DNA of 64,000 bases, taken from positions 480,001 to 544,000 of the forward strand of contig CBDFLE010000005.1 of the NCBI GenBank assembly GCA_965248925.1, in the 5' to 3' direction. The notes beneath the pieces are model-generated. The model ran no database searches, was not told the origin of the DNA, and saw only the letters and a list, made by a program, of their open reading frames with translations. Positions 58,728 through 64,000 of this stretch are shown piece by piece. The DNA is from Candidatus Multivoradales bacterium (GTDB lineage: Bacteria; Acidobacteriota; Thermoanaerobaculia; Multivoradales; J023). Position 1 is the first letter of the stretch. Each line of letters begins with the position of its first letter. The position numbers and the translations under genes were made by a program.

Positions 58728-59598
58728 CATGACTGGTTTTGGCCAAGCGAGTGGAGAAAATGACCGCTTCCGGGTCACCGTGACCTTGCGCGGTGTCAAT
58801 CATCGCTTTCTCGATCTCTCGTTGCGGTTGCGCGATGAGTACCGTGCGGCTGAGGCCGATCTACGCGAAGTGCTGATCGGCCAGCTCGAGCGTGGCAGGG
58901 TGGAAGTGACGGCCGATATCGAACCCTTAGTTTCGCGGCCGGTAGAACTACAAGTCGATCGCGAGTTGGCCTTGGCGGTGAGGCAGGCTACCGATTCCCT
59001 CGCCGCTCAAGGCTTGATCGAGCCTGAGCTGACGCTCAGCGACTTGATGAGCTTGCCGGAAGTGGTTCGTCTGCGGGTACGTCCCCTGGAGTGGCGAGAC
59101 GTGGATCAGGAGCTGCTGCTGACTATTGCTGGCCGCGCTCTGGTGCAATTGGTGGAGGCTCGAGCCACCGAGGGGCAGGACTTGGTGGCGGTGCTCGATC
59201 AGCGCTTGCAGGCCCTCGCCGGCCTCACTGCCGAGCTGGCGCAGCGTGCGGCGAAGTCGCCGACCGAGGCTGCGGCGGCCCTGCGCAAGCGGATCGGCGA
59301 ACTGCTCGAAGGGGAGTCGGTCGATGAGAATCGGCTGGCGCAAGAGATCGCGCTGCTGGTGGACAAGAGCGATGTCAGTGAAGAACTCGACCGCCTGCGC
59401 TCGCACTTGAAGCACTTCTCCTCCCTGTTTCAGCGCCAGGGTGCGGTGGGCAAGCGCTTGGAATTCCTTACCCAAGAAGTCCTGCGCGAACTCAACACGG
59501 TCGGTTCTAAGTGCCGCGATAGCGAGATGACCCGCCGGGTGCTCGAAGGCAAGGCGCTGTGTGAACAGGTTCGCGAGCAGGTGCAGAATGTTGAATAG
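58720..59598 (+). CDS. yicC: YicC/YloC family endoribonuclease
   Basis: MRSMTGFG, VNHRFLD, DVSEELDRL.SH, GKRLEFL.QE..RE.NT.GSK, EQVREQVQNVE. Confidence 0.94.
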   Translation: MRSMTGFGQASGENDRFRVTVTLRGVNHRFLDLSLRLRDEYRAAEADLREVLIGQLERGRVEVTADIEPLVSRPVELQVDRELALAVRQATDSLAAQGLIEPELTLSDLMSLPEVVRLRVRPLEWRDVDQELLLTIAGRALVQLVEARATEGQDLVAVLDQRLQALAGLTAELAQRAAKSPTEAAAALRKRIGELLEGESVDENRLAQEIALLVDKSDVSEELDRLRSHLKHFSSLFQRQGAVGKRLEFLTQEVLRELNTVGSKCRDSEMTRRVLEGKALCEQVREQVQNVE

Positions 59599-59758
59599 CC
59601 GATAGTTGGCCGAGCTGTGATATTCTGCCGCACAGGTGCAGGCCGCCTGGAACCACTACAGCTCGAAATCCGGACCGCAGATGCGTTGGGTATCTGCCTG
59701 AGGCTGGGCTGGCCCGCCAAGATCACGCCATCCACCGCATCTCAAGTGGAGTGTATTG

Positions 59759-60010
59759 ATGCAGGAAATTCCAGAAAAGATCGACAGTAAATTCCGTTTC
59801 GTACTGCTGGCCGCCAATCGGGCCGAGCAGTTGCTGCGCGGTGCTCTGCCCAAGCGAGACCATGGGCCGGTGAAGAAGACCCGGGCCGCCATGGACGAGA
59901 TCTTCGAAGAGACCATCGAATGGGACTACGGGCCGGCAGCCGAGCCGGTGGTAGACGACCCGGTGGACGTTGAGCCCATCGCCATGCCCAGCGACGAAGA
60001 GCAGAGCTGA
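59759..60010 (+). CDS. rpoZ: RNA polymerase omega subunit
   Basis: IDSKFRFVLLAANRAEQL..GA...AMDEI. SD GGAG; start TTG 59756 or ATG 59759. Confidence 0.9.
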   Translation: MQEIPEKIDSKFRFVLLAANRAEQLLRGALPKRDHGPVKKTRAAMDEIFEETIEWDYGPAAEPVVDDPVDVEPIAMPSDEEQS

Positions 60011-60080
60011 TCTCGCGGGGTATGCCGATGGCAGACCGTCGACGATGGGCGTGGTCGGGCGGGGAAGTAGGGAGAGCCTC

Positions 60081-60905
60081 TTGAGACCCCCGCTACCGGC
60101 GCCGTGGGTCGAGCTGCTGCGCTATCTCGATGGAGTTGGCTACAGCGAAATCTATTTGCCGCTGGCCCACTCAACCGGAGCCCAAGTCGCGCCGGCCGTG
60201 CCAGCAAGAAGTTCGCGGCCAGAGTCGACCTCAGCCCATATCAGCAAGCAAAGTTCCGAAGCTCTGGCGCTACCCCGAGCGGCGGCGCCGATCAGCAAGC
60301 CCAAGAACATTCCCGCCACAGCCACCGAGCAGTCTCAACCGTTAGCTGCCGATTTAGAACAACTAGGTGCTCAAGCGGCTGCTTGCACTGCTTGCCGCTT
60401 GGCTGAACGCCGCCACAGCGTAGTTTTTGGCAGCGGCGCTGCCAACGCTGACCTGATGTTCATAGGTGAAGGGCCGGGGGCCGAAGAGGACCGCCAGGGT
60501 CTGCCTTTTGTCGGCGCGGCTGGTCAGCTGCTGAGCAGAATCCTGCGGGCTATCAGCCTCGAACGCGATCAGGTTTACATCGCCAACGCGGTGAAGTGCC
60601 GACCCCCTGGCAACCGTAATCCGCAAGCCGATGAGATTGCCGCCTGCAGTGGCTTTCTGCGCCGCCAAATCGATTTAGTGCAGCCCAAAGTTATCGTCTT
60701 GCTGGGCAAAGTCGCGGCGCAGACCCTCCTCGGCTTCGATGAGGGAGTTCCTCTCTATCGCATGCGCGACCGCTGGCACACGGTAGCCAACACCCCCACC
60801 CGAGTGACTTACCACCCAGCGGCCCTGCTGCGCAACGCTTCCTACAAGCGGCCCACCTGGGATGACATGCAAGTGGTGCGTGACCGCTTGCGGGAAGTGG
60901 ACTAG
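60081..60905 (+). CDS. Uracil-DNA glycosylase family 4 (Fe-S)
   Basis: C..C.L, GEGPG..ED..G.PFVG.AG, N.VKCRPPGNR, TYHPAALLR. Start uncertain; TTG 60081 has an SD-like GGGAG. Confidence 0.92.
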   Translation: MRPPLPAPWVELLRYLDGVGYSEIYLPLAHSTGAQVAPAVPARSSRPESTSAHISKQSSEALALPRAAAPISKPKNIPATATEQSQPLAADLEQLGAQAAACTACRLAERRHSVVFGSGAANADLMFIGEGPGAEEDRQGLPFVGAAGQLLSRILRAISLERDQVYIANAVKCRPPGNRNPQADEIAACSGFLRRQIDLVQPKVIVLLGKVAAQTLLGFDEGVPLYRMRDRWHTVANTPTRVTYHPAALLRNASYKRPTWDDMQVVRDRLREVD

Positions 60906-60919
60906 AGCCAGCGGCGGGA

Positions 60920-61222
60920 ATGGCACGCAGCGAATACGATCCGGTCGGACCCCCCATCGGTCGGGGCGGACTTTCGCTGCTTGTCTGGGTGGCTATTTTT
61001 GTCCACACCAGTTCCTACGACTGGTCCCAACCGTTGGGCATCCTGGTTTGGACCACCACCGGCGGGCTTTTGGCCGGCAGCTGGCTAGCTTGGAGCGGCA
61101 AGAATCGGAGCGGCAAGCGGCCAGGGGTGGCGCGGGCTGGCTTGCTGCTTAACCTCGGTGGCTTGCTCTGCGTAGTCTTGCCGGTGCTGGTGTACTACCT
61201 GGTTTTTTGGTTGAGTAGCTGA
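60920..61222 (+). CDS. Small membrane protein
   Basis: Three hydrophobic segments; fills the gap between same-strand genes. Confidence 0.55.
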   Translation: MARSEYDPVGPPIGRGGLSLLVWVAIFVHTSSYDWSQPLGILVWTTTGGLLAGSWLAWSGKNRSGKRPGVARAGLLLNLGGLLCVVLPVLVYYLVFWLSS

Positions 61223-61256
61223 GTTCCAAGCCGCCTTGCCTGGTATCTTCGGGCGG

Positions 61257-62246
61257 ATGAAGGAGCCAGCCCCGTTTCCAGCCGCCGCCGGAGCGAAGAG
61301 GGAGATCGCAGGCGAAGCCGGTCGTCGTAGTGAGTTAGTGCTTCGCCTTTTGGCGGGAGAGCCGCTGGCTGAATTGGCCCGCGGGAGCGGCATCGATGCA
61401 GCTGCGCTGGAAGATTGGAGAAGCAGCTTCGTTGCGGCTGGGGAGGCGAGGATAGAGACGGATTTGGGGCGTGCAGGTGGGTTGGTGTTTGCGGTCGAGC
61501 TACTTGGAGTGCCGCGGGTTTATCGGCTGCAAGATGGGTGCCGCAAGGAGCTTCGCTGGGGCTTGCAGCGGGCCTTGATGACATTTTCCTACCTGTCTCT
61601 GGCGCCGCAGCGTAGTGCCTTCAAGGACGAACTTGAAGCAGCGCTGTGGCCGGAGGCGGGCGAACGTGAAGTGCAGCGAAATTTTCACCCGACCCTCAGC
61701 GCGGTGCGCCGTACTCTGGCCGGCGGGCCGTTGGCTGATGGCGCCGCGCCGCGCTTGTTGATCAGCCATCGGGGTGCTTATGAGCTGGTGCAGGAGGTCG
61801 ACTGGCAACTCGATGTCACCCGCTTTGAAACTGCCATCAAGCGCGGTAGGGAGTTGCAGCAAGCCAGGCACGATCAAGCCGCGGCGGAGTGCTGGGAGCA
61901 GGCATGGCGTCTTTACCGGGGCCCACTTTTGGCTGGCAACGATGCGCAGTGGATGGTCGCGCGAAGGGCGGAACTGCATCGCACCTACCTGCTTCTCTTG
62001 GCTGATCTGGGGCGGCTTTATCGGCACCTGGGGCGTTCCGTGGCTGCGATCGACGCCTTCCGCGCGCTGTTGCTGCAGGAGCCCTTCGAGGAAGCTGCTC
62101 ATTTGGCCTTGATGGAACTCTACTCCGAACAGGGCCGGCGAGATTTGGTGCGGCGGCAGTTTGTCCGCTTGCAAGAGTTGTTGGATGAACTGAACGTCGA
62201 GCCGCGCGAGGTGACGCAGCAGCGCTACTATGAACTGATGCGATAG
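61257..62246 (+). CDS. BTAD (SARP-type) regulator with an extra N-terminal HTH
   Basis: LWPEA, F..TLS.VRR.L, LDVTRFE, LYRGPLL, EPFEEAAH..LMELY...G. Confidence 0.85.
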   Translation: MKEPAPFPAAAGAKREIAGEAGRRSELVLRLLAGEPLAELARGSGIDAAALEDWRSSFVAAGEARIETDLGRAGGLVFAVELLGVPRVYRLQDGCRKELRWGLQRALMTFSYLSLAPQRSAFKDELEAALWPEAGEREVQRNFHPTLSAVRRTLAGGPLADGAAPRLLISHRGAYELVQEVDWQLDVTRFETAIKRGRELQQARHDQAAAECWEQAWRLYRGPLLAGNDAQWMVARRAELHRTYLLLLADLGRLYRHLGRSVAAIDAFRALLLQEPFEEAAHLALMELYSEQGRRDLVRRQFVRLQELLDELNVEPREVTQQRYYELMR

Positions 62247-62327
62247 CCTAGGGCCACTGAACGCGGGCTTGGCCCCCTTGCGGGGCGAGCATCTACCCAG
62301 CAGACAACTGACTAGACGGATACTAGA

Positions 62328-63335
62328 TTGATGAGCCGGACGAGCGAACAGGCCGAGCCGCGGCAGCCGGTGGCGGCCATAGCAAGCCCTTCCGGGGCGG
62401 CCAACCCCGAGATCAGCGTGTTAGTGCCGGTGCTCGACGAAGCCGAGACCATAGAAGAGCTGTCAACCCGTGTTGCGGCGGTACTCGAGGCCGAAGGCCG
62501 GAGTTTCGAGCTGGTTTTTATCGACGACGGGTCGCGGGATGGCACCAGTGAGCAAGTGCGTCGAGTTCATCTGCGGGACGCACGCGTCAAGTTGGTGCGG
62601 CTGCGGCGCAATTTCGGCAAGGCGGCCGCCCTCTGTGCCGGCATCGAGCACAGTTCTGGCCGGCTGGTGGTGACCATCGATGGTGATTTGCAGGACCAGC
62701 CGGAGGAGATTCCGCGCTTGCTCAGCAAGTTGGAAGACGAGGACCTCGACCTGGTTTCGGGCTGGAAGCGAGATCGCCAAGACCCGATGATGAAGACCCT
62801 TCCTTCGCGGCTGTTTAATTGGGCAACCCGCAAGCTGGCCCAAGTCGACTTGCACGACTTCAACTGTGGCTTCAAAGCCTATCGCCGCGAGGCTCTCGAA
62901 CAGATTTCGATCTATGGTGAGTTGCACCGCTACATTCCGGTGTTGGCCAGCCGTCGTGGGTTCAAAATCGGCGAGGTCCGGGTCGCCCATCAGGCGCGCC
63001 TACACGGGCAGAGCAAATATGGTCTCGATCGCTTCTACAAAGGGCTTATTGACCTGATCACGGTGCTCTTCGTCACCAAGTACAGCCGTCGGCCGCTGCA
63101 TCTGTTCGGCGCCATCGGATTGGGGGCGCTTGGCCTTGGTTTGGCCATCAACACCTACCTGGCGATCCTCTGGTTTCTCGGCCAGCCGCTGTCCAGTCGT
63201 CCCTTGCTGTTGCTCGGGGTGCTGTTGATGGTGCTGGGTTTCCAAGTCCTCACTACTGGCTTGATTGGTGAGATGATCACCCTCAAGAACTTCAAACGTA
63301 GCGACAGTTACTTGATCAAAGAGCGCCTCGAGTAG
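62328..63335 (+). CDS. Glycosyltransferase family 2 (ArnC/DPM-synthase-like)
   Basis: VPVLDEAE, IDDGSRDGT, RRNFGKAAA, IDGDLQD.P, DFNCGFK; two C-terminal TMs. Confidence 0.92.
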   Translation: MMSRTSEQAEPRQPVAAIASPSGAANPEISVLVPVLDEAETIEELSTRVAAVLEAEGRSFELVFIDDGSRDGTSEQVRRVHLRDARVKLVRLRRNFGKAAALCAGIEHSSGRLVVTIDGDLQDQPEEIPRLLSKLEDEDLDLVSGWKRDRQDPMMKTLPSRLFNWATRKLAQVDLHDFNCGFKAYRREALEQISIYGELHRYIPVLASRRGFKIGEVRVAHQARLHGQSKYGLDRFYKGLIDLITVLFVTKYSRRPLHLFGAIGLGALGLGLAINTYLAILWFLGQPLSSRPLLLLGVLLMVLGFQVLTTGLIGEMITLKNFKRSDSYLIKERLE

Positions 63336-63372
63336 GCGCTGGGCGACTTGTATCGAGCCCTGGAGATCTCCC

Positions 63373-64000
63373 CTGGCTAAGAGATTCCTGTTCCTGACCC
63401 AGACCTATCCGCGATTTGCCGGCGACCTCAGTGGGCCGTTCATTCGCGATATTGCTCGTGCTCTGGTGCGGGGTGGTGATCGGCTGACTGTGTTGGTGCC
63501 GCACGCTGAGGACATTCCGCCACTGTGGGATGATGATGGAGTGGAGGTGCTCAGCTTTCGCTATGCCCCAGAAGCTGCCGAATTGCTGGGTTATGGACGC
63601 AGTCTTGCTGCTGACGAGACGCCCAAGATCGGCGCGGCGGCGGTTACCCCACTGTATCTGGCGGGGGCCTTGAGGGCGGTACGTGGCGAATTGGCTCGGC
63701 GACCTTACGACTTGCTGCAATGCCATTGGGTGATTCCTAACGGTTTGGTGGGAGCAACTGTTGCCGGGCGGGTGCCTCTGGCGGTGGGCTTGCACGGCAG
63801 TGATGTCTTCATGGCTGAGAAGGCCTGGGTGCGGCCGGCGGTGCGGTGGGCGCTACGCCGCACTCGGGCGTTGACCGGCTGTTCACCGGAGCTGGTGGGT
63901 CGAATCTGCACCCTCGGTTTCCCACCACAACGGTCCGAAGTGATTCCCTACGGTGTAGATTCGCAAAAATTCTCCCCCGACTCTGGGAGGAGTTCGATCT
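63373..64000 (+). CDS. Glycosyltransferase family 4, N-terminal part (runs off the window)
   Basis: Not in the ORF track. Manual translation gives (M)AKRFLFLTQTYPRFAGDLSGPFI...FRYAP...HWVIPNG...LHGSDV...IPYGVD. Probable CTG start, 7 nt after GGAG. Confidence 0.85.
   Translation, partial: MAKRFLFLTQTYPRFAGDLSGPFIRDIARALVRGGDRLTVLVPHAEDIPPLWDDDGVEVLSFRYAPEAAELLGYGRSLAADETPKIGAAAVTPLYLAGALRAVRGELARRPYDLLQCHWVIPNGLVGATVAGRVPLAVGLHGSDVFMAEKAWVRPAVRWALRRTRALTGCSPELVGRICTLGFPPQRSEVIPYGVDSQKFSPDSGRSSI

Overview
GC-rich bacterial chromosome segment. Gene content and order (spoVG-prs-rplY-pth, rpsF-rpsR-rplI without ssb, scpAB-rluB-cmk-rpsA-ihfB, lpxB-msbA-yicC-rpoZ-UDG) suggest a diderm, probably Acidobacteriota; this is an inference. 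The core backbone also carries hemE, a membrane pyrophosphatase, PBP1A, uvrBC, RNase P RNA, recG and glycosyltransferases. Three accessory or unusual regions stand out. (1) 0.9-8.9 kb: a tightly coupled signalling operon with a degenerate FHA/sigma54-activator-like protein, a giant histidine kinase, a DUF3142-like lipoprotein and an HExxH membrane protein. (2) 9.4-11.3 kb: decayed IS21-like and DUF4143 remnants. (3) 19.4-34.1 kb: a metal-resistance island with convergent cusCBA-like and czcBA-like RND operons, arsR plus an aquaporin, and a decayed Phd/PIN toxin-antitoxin pair. The strongest candidate novel system is in this island. Each RND operon begins with a small, signal-peptide-bearing, Cys/His/Met-rich ORF with a C-terminal Pro-Pro motif, apparently on a leaderless mRNA. 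For the cus operon, an ~18-bp stem runs from the leader's stop codon to the next start codon and buries its Shine-Dalgarno sequence, suggesting metal-sensing translational control of efflux. Other notable signals are a candidate Na+-riboswitch-like hairpin before hppA, an S6:S18 leader, many apparently leaderless genes, and probable CTG/ATC starts. All calls come from reading motifs by eye; no searches were run.
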